In this document: positions 31,456-41,710 of the stretch, one piece after another
How positions within the stretch are numbered: the first letter of the stretch is position 1
Layout: every line of letters begins with the position of its first letter
Source: an uncultured archaeon
GTDB lineage: Archaea; Asgardarchaeota; Lokiarchaeia; Sigyniarchaeales; SOKP01
DNA: 55,180 bases
Assembly: GCA_964493385.1 (NCBI GenBank)
Contig: CAZBNW010000002.1
Coordinates: 19,793 to 74,972, forward strand
Direction: 5' to 3'
Notes under the pieces: model-generated
Seen by the model: only the letters and a program-made list of their open reading frames with translations
The model's database searches: none
What the model was told of the DNA's origin: nothing
Translations under genes and position numbers: made by a program

Positions 31456-32164
31456 CTTTAATTAATCTAACTTCAGGTTCAAAATTATTATCACGACGTT
31501 TTTGAGTTTTTTCTAATAATAAAATTGGATTTATGTTAAAAATTTTTTTTGCTTTATCTAAAGGAATTTCTAAAAGAGAATGACATATGCTTATTAAAGC
31601 TCTTGGGTGCCTAAAGTCATACATATCATCAAAATTTCCACTTATAATACAATTAGCTTTTAATTTTAGACCTAACTGTATGAATTTATAAAGATTTCTA
31701 AAACTTTTTGACTGAATTGCCTTGTTTCTTACCATGATCGGTGCCAATGAAAATTCTATAAATGAATTATTTTGTTTAGTTAGTGAAATTACTCCTGGAG
31801 TAAGTGTCTTTATTATTTCTGGATCAGAAAAAGATACAATATCCACTCTTGAATCTCTTGCTGCATATAATTGAACTTCTTTATTTAAAGACTCAATTGA
31901 AAGAATGTCCGAAAAATTATTAAAATGTTTTATCTTTTTTTTAAAATCTTCAGGATTATTTAATCTTAAATTAATTCGATAGAAAGTATTTATTTTCGTT
32001 TCTTTTTTTATTTCCTCTTTTATGTTTAGCGGTATTGCGAGTTGATTACTTTTAGGTTCTAAAATTACATTTTTTATCCCTAATTTTTCATAAAATTTTA
32101 GTCTCTCTATAATATCGTTAAAATTATCGAAATTTACTAATAGCCTTGATTCAAAATATGACAA
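31445..32164 (-). CDS. rnp3: RNase P protein Rpp30
   Basis: AARDSRVDIVS, FIEFSL and IISGN...DFRHPR; overlaps rnp2. Confidence 0.88.
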   Translation of the reverse strand: MSYFESRLLVNFDNFNDIIERLKFYEKLGIKNVILEPKSNQLAIPLNIKEEIKKETKINTFYRINLRLNNPEDFKKKIKHFNNFSDILSIESLNKEVQLYAARDSRVDIVSFSDPEIIKTLTPGVISLTKQNNSFIEFSLAPIMVRNKAIQSKSFRNLYKFIQLGLKLKANCIISGNFDDMYDFRHPRALISICHSLLEIPLDKAKKIFNINPILLLEKTQKRRDNNFEPEVRLIKGGD

Positions 32165-32290
32165 AAATAATATAACCTCAAATGAACTGTTTGACTCTTT
32201 ATAATAATGTTAAGGATGGTAAAAATAAAAAAATTTTATTATAAATAAATATTTAAAATGTTAGTTTTTGAAATTAAGTGAGGATTTCTA

Positions 32291-33580
32291 GTGGTTAAAA
32301 AAAGAACACATTCAGAAATAAGAAAAAAGATTGAGAATGGCTCTGCAGTTGTATTTACTGTTCAAGAATTAATAGATTATATCAGTGAAGGTAAGAAAGT
32401 TAAATTTGAAGATGTTGATATTATTACAACAGCAACTAAAGGACTCATGAGCGGCATTATGGGAATCTTCTCATTTCGACTCTCCCCTCCGAAAACATTA
32501 AGAAAATTTACTGAAGTAAATATCAATGGAATACCTGCTTTTCCAGGACCATGCCCAAATGAATATTTGGGTATAGTAGATCTAATTATTTATGGGACTG
32601 CTCAAAGTAAAACAATAGATAATTATTGTGGTGGTTCTCTTTTTAGAGAAATTGTAGAAGGAAAATCCTTAGAAATCATAGCTAAGAGTGCTGAGGGTGA
32701 AACCATTGAAAAAAAAATGAATCTTGAAGATATGCAATTCGCTAAATTAGCTGGGACAAGACAAGCTATTAAAAATTATAATGCAATGATCAATTGCGAG
32801 CCATATAAGGTTGATACTATCTTTTCTTGTCTTCCTTTTAATGAAAACAAATCCCAAATCACATTTTCTGGATGTGGAGCTTTAAACCCATTTCAAAATG
32901 ATCCTGAATTTGAATCATTTGGTGTTGGATCTCCTGTTCTTGTGAATGGGACAATAGGGTATCTCATGGGTCCTGGAACTCGTAATTATATCGAAAAGCC
33001 GAACATGATGACTATTGCACAATTTGAGGGAATGAAACCAGAATATATGGGCGCGTTTAAAACTTCTTATGGATTAGAACCTATCTGTAGCTTGGCGCTC
33101 CCAATTCCTATATTAAATGAAAGAATTTTTAATAATATAGTGAAATCTGATAAAGACGTTAACCTCTCAATATTAAGTCTCGTAGGTCGTGAAAAAGTAG
33201 GAGAAATCACTTATGGTGATGTGTGGGATAATAATTTCCTTATGAGGTTTAATCCTGATGCTTGTAAAAATTGCGTAGAATGTAAAGCTATTGATAAATG
33301 TCCTACAAATGCTTTTATTATAAAAAATGGAATGATTTCAGCTATAGATCGATCTCGTTGTTTTAATTGTGGTAATTGCACTCATTTATGTCCAGAAGCT
33401 TTTATTCTAGATTTAAAAACAATTAAATTCGAAAATAAAGAAATACCAATAGTTTTAAGACAATCAGACAGATATAATGCTATATTGTTAGCTGAGCAGT
33501 TAAAATCAATGATTCTTAAGGGAGAATTTCCAATAAGAAAGCCAATTAATAAACTGCAATTTGCACAAACAGTAAAATAA
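32291..33580 (+). CDS. DUF39 (homocysteine-biosynthesis sulfur-incorporation) domain with a ferredoxin domain; methanogenesis-marker-16-like
   Basis: KIENGSAVVFT, VDIITTAT, GPCPNEYLG, FSGCGALNPFQNDP, CKNCVEC...CP and CFNCGNCTHLCP. Confidence 0.85.
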   Translation: MVKKRTHSEIRKKIENGSAVVFTVQELIDYISEGKKVKFEDVDIITTATKGLMSGIMGIFSFRLSPPKTLRKFTEVNINGIPAFPGPCPNEYLGIVDLIIYGTAQSKTIDNYCGGSLFREIVEGKSLEIIAKSAEGETIEKKMNLEDMQFAKLAGTRQAIKNYNAMINCEPYKVDTIFSCLPFNENKSQITFSGCGALNPFQNDPEFESFGVGSPVLVNGTIGYLMGPGTRNYIEKPNMMTIAQFEGMKPEYMGAFKTSYGLEPICSLALPIPILNERIFNNIVKSDKDVNLSILSLVGREKVGEITYGDVWDNNFLMRFNPDACKNCVECKAIDKCPTNAFIIKNGMISAIDRSRCFNCGNCTHLCPEAFILDLKTIKFENKEIPIVLRQSDRYNAILLAEQLKSMILKGEFPIRKPINKLQFAQTVK

Positions 33581-33597
33581 AATACAATAAGGAAATT

Positions 33598-34041
33598 ATG
33601 TCACAATTTAAATTATCAAAGTATGATCAAATTGGAATTCTAGTGAAAGATATTGAGAAAGCAGCCAAATTGTATAATGCTTTACTGGATTTTAAAGGAA
33701 AACTTAATATTGTTGAGCAAACTAATATCGTTTTTTATAAAGGAAAAGAGGCAACATTTAAGATGAAAAAAATTATGCAGTATTTTGGGGGGACTCAATT
33801 TGAAATTATTGAATTATTAGAATCTACTAGTGATCATCTATATTCAGAATTTCTTAAAGAAGGAAAAGAAGGTATTCACCATTTAGGAATATATACTAAA
33901 AAAGCAGATGAATTAATTAAATATTTTAAAAATGGATATGATATTAGTGTTGTTCAAACTGGAAAATATGGAAAAGTGAAATTTGATTATTTAGATACTA
34001 AAGAAGCTATTGGTTTTTATTTGGAATTAATTTCTTTTTAA
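33598..34041 (+). CDS. VOC/glyoxalase family protein (methylmalonyl-CoA epimerase-like)
   Basis: DQIGILVKDIEKA, FEIIE, EGIHHLG and YLELI. Confidence 0.88.
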   Translation: MSQFKLSKYDQIGILVKDIEKAAKLYNALLDFKGKLNIVEQTNIVFYKGKEATFKMKKIMQYFGGTQFEIIELLESTSDHLYSEFLKEGKEGIHHLGIYTKKADELIKYFKNGYDISVVQTGKYGKVKFDYLDTKEAIGFYLELISF

Positions 34042-34110
34042 TAATGCTCTTTTTTTTACATTTTTGATGTTTTACTAATGTTTATTTTTTATTTTTAATA
34101 ACTTTTTAAT

Positions 34111-35847
34111 ATGTCTAACCAAACATTAGATGGTGGAGATTTAGTCGTTAAATGTCTTTTAAAGGAGGGTATCAGAAAAATCTTTGGAATTGTTGGTGGA
34201 GAATTATCGAGAATATATGATGCTATAGAAAGATGGGGCCGTGAAGAAGGCATTGATACTGTAATGGTTCGGCATGAACAAGCAGCAGGTCATATGGCAG
34301 ACGCATGGGCAAGAGCAACCGGGGAGATTGGAGTGTGCATGGGCACTGCTGGACCAGGGGTAACTCATTTAGTACCTGCAATTGCAGCAGCAAATGCCGA
34401 TTCTATTCCGCTTTTAGTTATTGGTGCTCAAATAGCAAGAATGTTTGATGATACAGGAATTTTACAGGGCGGACTTGATCAAATGGCTTTAATGAAACCT
34501 ATAACAAAATTACAAATTTCCGTTGAACACCCATATGAGATACCACATGCAGTACAAAAATGTTTTAAAACAGCCATGTCTGGAAGGAGGGGTCCGGTTT
34601 TTCTTGAATTAAGAGAAACTGCATTAGTAAGGAATGCCAGTGAAGAGGATATAAAAAAAATTCTAGATCCAGATAAGTATCGAGCTAGTTTTCGACCTGC
34701 TGGTAATCCAGAGGTAATAAAAAGGGCTGTTAATGTTTTAAAGACAGCAAAAAAGCCAATAATTATTGCAGGAGGGGGTGCGATTGCCTCAGAAGCACAT
34801 AAAGATTTACAGAAATTATCTGAAACCTACCTAATCCCCACAGGAACATCTTTTAATGGTGTAGGTACAATTGGTAGAGATAAAAAAACATTTATTGGAT
34901 CCAAACTGACTTCTAATACTTATAGAAGTGCTGCCTCTGAAGCAGATGTGGTTTTATCCCTTGGTTGCACTTGGAATCATACATTACTTTATGGTGCGGC
35001 ACCATTTTGGAATCAAAATCAAAAAATAATTCAGGTAGATATTGATTCAAAAGAAATTGGTAAAAATAGACCTGTCGAAGTTGGTATTATTGGAGATGTA
35101 AGGGCTGTTATCCAACAACTTCTAAAAGAGATGGAGGGAATGCTTCCTAAAGAAAAAATTACAGAATGGTCTGAATGGAATGATTATTTACAAGAGCTAA
35201 GAAAAAATGATGAATTACAAATTCAGAAAATATTAAAATATGAAAAATTGCCCATGAAACCTCAAAGACTAGTATTTGAAGTGTTAGATTTTATCCCTTC
35301 TGATACTCAGTTAGTAATTGACGGTGGGGATATATTCGTATTTACAATGGATCTAATTAATCATAAAAATCGTCCTCCAAGAAGTTTTTTCCGTTCTGTG
35401 TCAATGGGACATTTAGGAACAGGAATCCCTTATGCTATTGGTGCTAAAATGGCAAAATCAGATAAACTTGTAGTATGTATAACTGGAGATGGTAGCTTTA
35501 TGTTTACAGTACAAGAATTAGAAACTGCTGTAAGATTAAATCTTCCTATAATCATAGTAATTGCAAATAATTGTGCTTGGGGTATGATTAAGAGTTATCA
35601 AAAAAATAACCTACAAAAAAGGTTTTGTGATGTTGATTTTCCACCTATTAATTACGCTGAAATCGCTAAAGGATTTGGATGTTATGCTGAAAAAATATCA
35701 AAACCAGAAGATATTAAACCTGCTTTACAACATGCGATCAATTCTAAAAAACCAGCAGTCCTAGATGTAGAAATTGCCTTTGAAACGCCCCCTGCGATGA
35801 AGTTCCTTGGTCTCTATAAGAAAAATAAAGGATTATTTGGAAACTAA
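34111..35847 (+). CDS. Thiamine-diphosphate-dependent enzyme (acetolactate synthase / 2-hydroxyacyl-CoA lyase family)
   Basis: VRHEQAAGHMADAWAR, TAGPG, GRRGPV and ThDP motif GDGSF...NN. Confidence 0.93.
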   Translation: MSNQTLDGGDLVVKCLLKEGIRKIFGIVGGELSRIYDAIERWGREEGIDTVMVRHEQAAGHMADAWARATGEIGVCMGTAGPGVTHLVPAIAAANADSIPLLVIGAQIARMFDDTGILQGGLDQMALMKPITKLQISVEHPYEIPHAVQKCFKTAMSGRRGPVFLELRETALVRNASEEDIKKILDPDKYRASFRPAGNPEVIKRAVNVLKTAKKPIIIAGGGAIASEAHKDLQKLSETYLIPTGTSFNGVGTIGRDKKTFIGSKLTSNTYRSAASEADVVLSLGCTWNHTLLYGAAPFWNQNQKIIQVDIDSKEIGKNRPVEVGIIGDVRAVIQQLLKEMEGMLPKEKITEWSEWNDYLQELRKNDELQIQKILKYEKLPMKPQRLVFEVLDFIPSDTQLVIDGGDIFVFTMDLINHKNRPPRSFFRSVSMGHLGTGIPYAIGAKMAKSDKLVVCITGDGSFMFTVQELETAVRLNLPIIIVIANNCAWGMIKSYQKNNLQKRFCDVDFPPINYAEIAKGFGCYAEKISKPEDIKPALQHAINSKKPAVLDVEIAFETPPAMKFLGLYKKNKGLFGN

Positions 35848-35891
35848 ATTATATTTCTTGTTAATTGTTAATTTAATTTGAGGGAAATTAA

Positions 35892-36689
35892 ATGAAAAAT
35901 GAAAAATTTTTAGAAGGAAAAGTAGCCCTAGTTACAGGGGCAGGAAGTGGATTTGGTCGTGAAATGGCAATTGCATTTGCAACCAAAGGTGCCAATTTAG
36001 TATTAAATGATATAAACCTTGAGAGTATCGAAGAAACGAAGGATTTGATTTTAAAATCACACAAAGTTGATATTTTGCTAGCAAAAGCAGATATTTCTGA
36101 TGAAAAACAAGTAATTGAAATGAGTAAGAATGTTTTTAACACATTTGATAATACATTTGTGTTAGTAAATAATGCTGGTGTAAGAGGGGGTACATCTTCT
36201 CTGAAAACAAAAATCGAAGATTATAATAAAGTTATGGATGTAAATGTGAAAGGAGCATGGAATATTACGAAGTCTTTTTATAAAAAAATGAGAAAACAAA
36301 AATTCAAACCAGTAGCAGGAAAAATTATTAATATTACTTCATGTGCTGGTACTGAATGTGGTCTAAATCCTTTTATTGGGATATATAGCGTAAGCAAAGC
36401 TGCTCTTATTGCTTTTACAAAACTTTGGGCTCTTGAATTAGGACAAAATAATATAACTGTCAATGCAATTTGTCCAGGGATTTTCCTTACACCAATATAC
36501 GATAATGATGAAAAATTTATTAGAGAATGGATTAAATTACGACAGATTAAACTCCCTATTGATAAGATAGGAGAAAGTAAACAAGTTGCTGATGTTGCTT
36601 TATTCTTAGCTTCACCGGCAGCAGATTACATTACAGGTCAAAATATAATCCTTGATGGTGGAATGACAATTAGTATAAATAAGTTATAA
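35892..36689 (+). CDS. SDR family oxidoreductase
   Basis: TGAGSGFG, NNAG, YSVSK, NAICPG and ITGQNIILDGG. Confidence 0.95.
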   Translation: MKNEKFLEGKVALVTGAGSGFGREMAIAFATKGANLVLNDINLESIEETKDLILKSHKVDILLAKADISDEKQVIEMSKNVFNTFDNTFVLVNNAGVRGGTSSLKTKIEDYNKVMDVNVKGAWNITKSFYKKMRKQKFKPVAGKIINITSCAGTECGLNPFIGIYSVSKAALIAFTKLWALELGQNNITVNAICPGIFLTPIYDNDEKFIREWIKLRQIKLPIDKIGESKQVADVALFLASPAADYITGQNIILDGGMTISINKL

Positions 36690-36732
36690 TTTCTTTTAAA
36701 TTTTTAAAAAGAGATAATAAAATTATAAAAAT

Positions 36733-37317
36733 TTATTTACCACGACCTTTTTTTGCTCTAATACTTGGTCGTGTTTTTTCTGATCCCCAACCTTTCTTAT
36801 GTAATCCTCGGGCTCTTTTTCCTGCAGATGTGAGACCACGAGTTACTCTTTTTGTATGTTGAGATTCAGTTATCCAATTTATTTTAGGATCGGACTTTAT
36901 GACAGGGTGGTTTGGATCCACTAAGATAACTTCATAGTACCAATGTCTACCATCAGAATAAACTTTATAGCTATTTAGAACCTGCATGTTTGGATATTTT
37001 CTCTGAACACGTTCCTCCGCAATCCACTGAAGATTCTTTCCTGTTGTGTATTTGGAGACACCCATGGCTCTTGGTTTTCTGCCTCGCTTCGGACGAGTTT
37101 TATGCATTCCTCCTTTTCTTATTCTAGCTCTCACTATTATATATCCTTGTTTTGCCTTATACCCTAAAGTTCTTGCTCGATGGAGTTTAGTTGGTTTTTC
37201 GACTCTTTGAATTGATCTACCCTTTCGGTATTCTATTCCACGTTCCCAATGTGGTGTTTGATACCCTTTTTCGTGTTTCTCAAAAGTTTCTTTCAAGTAG
37301 CTATATCCAGACTTCAA
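36733..37317 (-). CDS. rpl15e: 50S ribosomal protein L15e
   Basis: RARTLGYKAKQG, NLQWIAEERV, VLNSY, YEVILVDP and RGLTSAGKRARGL. Confidence 0.98.
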   Translation of the reverse strand: MKSGYSYLKETFEKHEKGYQTPHWERGIEYRKGRSIQRVEKPTKLHRARTLGYKAKQGYIIVRARIRKGGMHKTRPKRGRKPRAMGVSKYTTGKNLQWIAEERVQRKYPNMQVLNSYKVYSDGRHWYYEVILVDPNHPVIKSDPKINWITESQHTKRVTRGLTSAGKRARGLHKKGWGSEKTRPSIRAKKGRGK

Positions 37318-37396
37318 TTTATCTTAGCACATCCGTAAAGTAATATTTATTAAAAATAAGCATATTTTATTATTTTTATGGTTATTTAATTTTGAC

Positions 37397-37455
37397 CCTG
37401 AATTCCTAAATTATTCGGTTAATTTGGAGTTGACGTTATCGTCTTTTATTCAAAC
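37397..37455 (-). promoter_or_regulatory. Putative structured leader RNA upstream of rpl15e
   Basis: The minus strand folds into a three-way junction: UUUGAAU/AUUCAGG encloses GACG-AUAA-CGUC and UCCAAAUUA-ACCGAA-UAAUUU(A)GGA. Confidence 0.4.
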
Positions 37456-37516
37456 AACTGTTTAAGTAAATTACAAGTTTTCTTTAAATACTTAAAATCG
37501 GACTATAAAATGAATT

Positions 37517-38743
37517 ATGTTCAAATCAAAAAGACTCGAATCTGAATCATATTTTAAAATAAATAACATTTCACTTATATTTATCTATTTAGCTTATTCC
37601 TCTATTTTTCTTTTTCTTAACAGTTATTTTCCAATTCTTTTTTTTGACGTATTAGAGATTAACCGATTTGTGCTAGCATTTATGCAATTTTTAGCTTACT
37701 CTATTTTATTATTTCGTCCTGTGTTTGCAGCAATAACAGATAAATATAGAATCAATGGTTATCAACGGAAATATTATATTATACTTTCAGGATATTCTTT
37801 AGCTCTTACCTATATCTTAATGGGACTTTTTTTTACTAACGTTTTTGTTTTTGGAGTTTTTATGTTTTTAATTTTTATTTCAAGTACAATGTTAGATGTG
37901 TCTACAAAATCGTTAATTATCGATATTTCACCAACTAATGAAATTAAGAAACGTCATCTTTTTTTTATGTTTGTTGGTGAAGCTTTAGGAAAGTTTTTTC
38001 CTTTCTTTCTATATTTCATTTTAATCAATGATGTTTATTCATTAAGCTCTTGGGAAAATTTTATTATTTGTAGTTATCTTTTTTTAATACCTTTATTAAG
38101 TATCTTACCATTTATTAGGGAGATTAATCAAGTTAAACCTCAAGTAATTGAAAACTCTGAAAATCTTAATATATCTGGTCATAATGATGTAAATTTTTCT
38201 CCATTTTCTAAGATTACATTTATCTTGTTTTGTGTTTTTGTATTTTTTGCTTTTAGTGACGTAATTTTTGCTTATTCTTTTTTCCCATTTTTATTGAATA
38301 AATTTGGACCTGAAAAATTTAACTTTTTTAACTTTATTTTACTTTTCTACTTCCTATTAAGTATAATGAGTAGTGCAATTGGGAGTTTTCTTATAAAAAG
38401 AACAGAACCTAAAAAAATTATATTAATTTTAATCCCAGTTGTAGGAATTATATATATGATGTATACTGTTGTCCCTTTTACATTCTTTACCGTATTATAT
38501 TTTATTGGATGTTCTTTAGCGACAATTATTAATCTTAATATTTCAGTTTATATGATGAAATTTAAAAAAGGAAATAAATCAATCTACTTTCATCTTATTG
38601 CATCCTTCAGACAGCTTTCAATCTTCATATTTCTTCCATTAGGAACATTACTTTCCAGCGTCATCACCATAGAATATCTTATTATAATTGGGGCTATTTT
38701 ACTTAATCTATCTCTTATTCCTTTAATATTTATAAAACTCTGA
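37517..38743 (+). CDS. MFS transporter
   Basis: 408 aa, about 12 TM, RPVFAAITDKY...QRK motif-A-like loop and LDVSTKSLIID (AmpG/BT1-like). Confidence 0.85.
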   Translation: MFKSKRLESESYFKINNISLIFIYLAYSSIFLFLNSYFPILFFDVLEINRFVLAFMQFLAYSILLFRPVFAAITDKYRINGYQRKYYIILSGYSLALTYILMGLFFTNVFVFGVFMFLIFISSTMLDVSTKSLIIDISPTNEIKKRHLFFMFVGEALGKFFPFFLYFILINDVYSLSSWENFIICSYLFLIPLLSILPFIREINQVKPQVIENSENLNISGHNDVNFSPFSKITFILFCVFVFFAFSDVIFAYSFFPFLLNKFGPEKFNFFNFILLFYFLLSIMSSAIGSFLIKRTEPKKIILILIPVVGIIYMMYTVVPFTFFTVLYFIGCSLATIINLNISVYMMKFKKGNKSIYFHLIASFRQLSIFIFLPLGTLLSSVITIEYLIIIGAILLNLSLIPLIFIKL

Positions 38744-38764
38744 TACTAGAATCAATTTTTTTGG

Positions 38765-38803
38765 AAAAATAAAAAAAAAATATAGAATCCTCTATGGATT
38801 CTA
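38765..38803 (-). terminator. Hairpin plus long T-tract downstream of micro-ORF copy 1 and the ThiF operon
   Basis: TAGAATCC-(5 nt)-GGATTCTA perfect inverted repeat (38783-38803), followed on the minus strand by T10ATTTTT. Confidence 0.65.
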
Positions 38804-38858
38804 AAGCCATTTAACCTCCTATTTCTCCACTATATGGCATACTATATATCTTCATTCA
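38796..38858. repeat. Dispersed direct repeat, copy 1 (63-bp core)
   Basis: GGATTCTAAAGCCA(T/A)TTAACCTCCTATTTCTCCACTATATGGCATACT(A/T)TATATCTTCATTCA also occurs at 41995 and 42320. Confidence 0.97.
38811..38840 (-). CDS. Putative RiPP precursor micro-ORF MPYSGEIGG, copy 1
   Basis: ATG CCA TAT AGT GGA GAA ATA GGA GGT TAA on the minus strand; TTTAAAAA about 20 nt upstream and a hairpin plus T-tract downstream. Confidence 0.5.
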   Translation of the reverse strand: MPYSGEIGG

Positions 38859-38893
38859 AGTTTTTAAAATGAAAGAAAAAAAGTTTCTAATTT

Positions 38894-40020
38894 TTATGTT
38901 TTATATGGGGCACATTCACATTTACTATCCCTTTTTAAGGGTATTTTGGTTATTCTACAATTAAAAGTGTCTAGTAAGATGTACTGACTCCGCTTCGGTT
39001 CTGAAATGCATATGTCATGAAGAACTAAACTTGATACAAGAGTTCCAGTAGCAATTACGGTAGCTCCTAATATACCCCCAATTGGAGACACACGCGTATA
39101 GCGATATGCTTGAGAATCACTATAAAAACTATCTTGACCGTATATACATTGTATACAAGGGCTATCCTTCACTGGAAGGAAATTAATAATATGACCATAA
39201 GAAAACCCACAAATCACAAAATAGAGAGGTTTTTTGTTTAAAACGCATAAATCATTAATTAAATAAGGTGCTCCCTTATAATCCATAGAATTGATAATAA
39301 TATCCCCCCATTTAATTATATCATTGATTTCTTTATAATGTGGTAAAAAATGCCTGCCTTCCGACGCAAGAAGATTCCTATCAGGGGGATAATCTATACA
39401 TAAATTATAACCTTCAACATTTACTTTTGGATTTATCTCTAATAGTCTTTCTTTGGAACCTTTAAATTTATGTTTCTTGATGTCATTGAAATCATACAAG
39501 GTTTGCCTGTTTAAATTGGAAAGTTCAACAATATCGTTATCAACTATTTTAAAGTTAGAGGCACCTGAATAAATTAAACCGAGTAAAACATTGGTTCCAA
39601 CCCTCCTAGCCCAGATACTACAATTTTCGCTTCATTAAGTTTTTTCTGATTTATTAGCGGGTGATCTAATTGGCGTTCCCATCTTTCTCTCTCATATTCA
39701 TCTAGAGAATTATTATCTGAAACCCTCTTTTCTTGATTTACTAAGTTAAAATAATTAATATTTATATCTTCAAGGTATTTCAAGTAATCTTTTTGAAGTT
39801 TAGGTTGTTTAGAGAACCTCAATTCCGCAACTTTTTCAATGTACCTTTTTATTAAGGGAATACCTTCAATATCGAGTAAAGTGTCTAAATTAATATTACC
39901 TTCTCTTCCTAACAACCAATTATAATAAAAATCCTTATTCTTTATTGGTTTGATGTGCCTTCTTCTGAGTTTTAGCCCCTTCTTTTTATAAAATAATCTT
40001 ATTTTCCTTTCCAAACTCAT
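38894..40020 (-). pseudogene. ThiF/MccB-like adenylyltransferase (~375 aa if repaired), split by a single-base frameshift
   Basis: ORF 39574-40020 ends at ERWERQ...KIVVSGLGG. Adding one G in the GGAGGG run (~39601) continues as VGTNVLLGLIYSGASNFKIVDNDIVELSNLNRQTLY into ORF 38894-39499, which has PCIQC and a C-terminal KCEC. Could be a sequencing indel. Confidence 0.85.
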
Positions 40021-40060
40021 TCTTTTAACCCCTTCATTAAATTACTTCTTTAAATATTAA

Positions 40061-41710
40061 TTAGGGATATATAAAGCCTTGTTTCCAAAATTCGGGAATA
40101 AATGAATAATAATCTACATCCTTATTTTTATACATATGAGTAAATTTAAAGTATCCTTCCCTTAATATTTTGAAATCACCCTTGTCGTAAAAAGGAGTCT
40201 TATTATTTATTTGATCTCTTAGGAATTTTTTAACCCATTCATAGTTCAATCTTAAAGAGTCAAGGAAATCCAAATTTTTATTTGGCTTTACAATCTTATT
40301 ATAGACGCGGTGATTTTCAAGAGGCATTCTCCACCATCCTTTATAATATATTTTACCACCATATATTTCCTCACACATGTCATAAAGAGTATGCCCAGGG
40401 ATTGCTTTATAATATCGTATATCTAAAATAATATTGTATTTTTCACTTAAAGACTTTCCATTGAATCTCTTTTCCAAAAAAAATTTTTGATTATCTTCTA
40501 TAACTTCTCGTGTTTCACCAGGAAGTCCTATAATTAAAAACATTGATATATTCAAATTAATTTCATTTGAAAATATAATGAGATTTTCTACTTTCTTTAC
40601 ATATCTTTTAAGATCTCTCTCATTTTTGGAGTTTATTTTGTTTAAAATTTTTAACATTGGAATTGAAGCGGATTCAAAACCGATATCAGGTTTTATATTA
40701 AATTCTTTGTAATAAAAGAGATCTTCTTTTGAGCATACGTCCGCTCTATCATAAATGGTTATAGAATAGGGAAAATTTCCTTCATTTTCTATAAATTTTC
40801 CAAACTTTTTGTAAAATTCATCTCGGATACTTCTCTTAGGGAAGAAAACTGGATCACTAATAGCAATGGTATTAGTTTCTAACCATTTAGTATCTCTAAT
40901 GATTCTTAATTCTTCAATACACTTATCTACTGATTTAAATCGAACATTTTTATAGAAAGGTAATTCCGTTCCAGTTGAAGGAATGCAGATCTTACATCGA
41001 AACATACAACCGCGCCCAAAGTCTATATTTAATCGTCTACCCTTTAATTTATCCTTATACCTTTTTAGAAGACTAAGGTCAATAGGAGGTAACTCATCAA
41101 GCAAAGGGAATGTTTCCCCTTCTAAGATATTACAGTCTTTATTTACTTTATTCCCATCTTTTAATTCTTTCTTTAGAAGTTGTTTTATTAATTTGAAAAA
41201 AGTAATTTCCCCTTCTCCTTTAATTAAATAATCAAAGATTTTTTTTTGTTTTGGAAAATGTTCATGAATAAGCCTTGGTAATTTACTAGATTGAAACTCT
41301 TCAGGAAAAATAGTTGGATGATATCCCCCCACTACAATTTTAACTTTAGGATTTATGTAAGACTTAATTAGACTTGCTACTACTACTGAATTCAAATATT
41401 CATAAGATGAATAACAAGAAATTGCAACTAAATCAAAAAAGAAATCTTTACAAAGATTTTTTAATAGAGATTTTAACCCCTCTAAATAAAGGTCTAAATC
41501 TTGAAAACTGAAGGGGGGTAAATCCTCAAGTCGTAAATCAACATAGATTTCCTTAATCTTATAAGACAATTCCTTTTTTCTCGAATTCAAGTAATTAGAA
41601 ATCCTTAAAAAATAGGTATAGATGGCATTAAATCCTTTGAAAGGACCTACTTCTTGAGGAAAAAGATACATAATTCTGAATTTTTCTTTATTATGATATA
41701 ATCGTTCCAT
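40061..41710 (-). CDS. Cobalamin-binding radical SAM enzyme (class B methyltransferase-like)
   Basis: B12 domain DLVAISC...KIVVGGYHPT...IKGEGE; GRGCMFRCKIC (CxxxCxxC); GFESAS...LNK; IIGLPGET. Confidence 0.93.
   Translation of the reverse strand: MERLYHNKEKFRIMYLFPQEVGPFKGFNAIYTYFLRISNYLNSRKKELSYKIKEIYVDLRLEDLPPFSFQDLDLYLEGLKSLLKNLCKDFFFDLVAISCYSSYEYLNSVVVASLIKSYINPKVKIVVGGYHPTIFPEEFQSSKLPRLIHEHFPKQKKIFDYLIKGEGEITFFKLIKQLLKKELKDGNKVNKDCNILEGETFPLLDELPPIDLSLLKRYKDKLKGRRLNIDFGRGCMFRCKICIPSTGTELPFYKNVRFKSVDKCIEELRIIRDTKWLETNTIAISDPVFFPKRSIRDEFYKKFGKFIENEGNFPYSITIYDRADVCSKEDLFYYKEFNIKPDIGFESASIPMLKILNKINSKNERDLKRYVKKVENLIIFSNEINLNISMFLIIGLPGETREVIEDNQKFFLEKRFNGKSLSEKYNIILDIRYYKAIPGHTLYDMCEEIYGGKIYYKGWWRMPLENHRVYNKIVKPNKNLDFLDSLRLNYEWVKKFLRDQINNKTPFYDKGDFKILREGYFKFTHMYKNKDVDYYSFIPEFWKQGFIYP

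Noticed and set aside
32291-33580. Marker-16-like gene as evidence of methanogenesis
   Set aside because: The DUF39 family is not restricted to methanogens, and no mcr or mtr genes are in the window.
38811-38855. Longer 14-aa precursor MKIYSMPYSGEIGG
   Set aside because: Open in copies 1 and 3 but broken by TAA in copy 2, and its ATG is too close to the TATA-like box; the 9-aa form is common to all copies.
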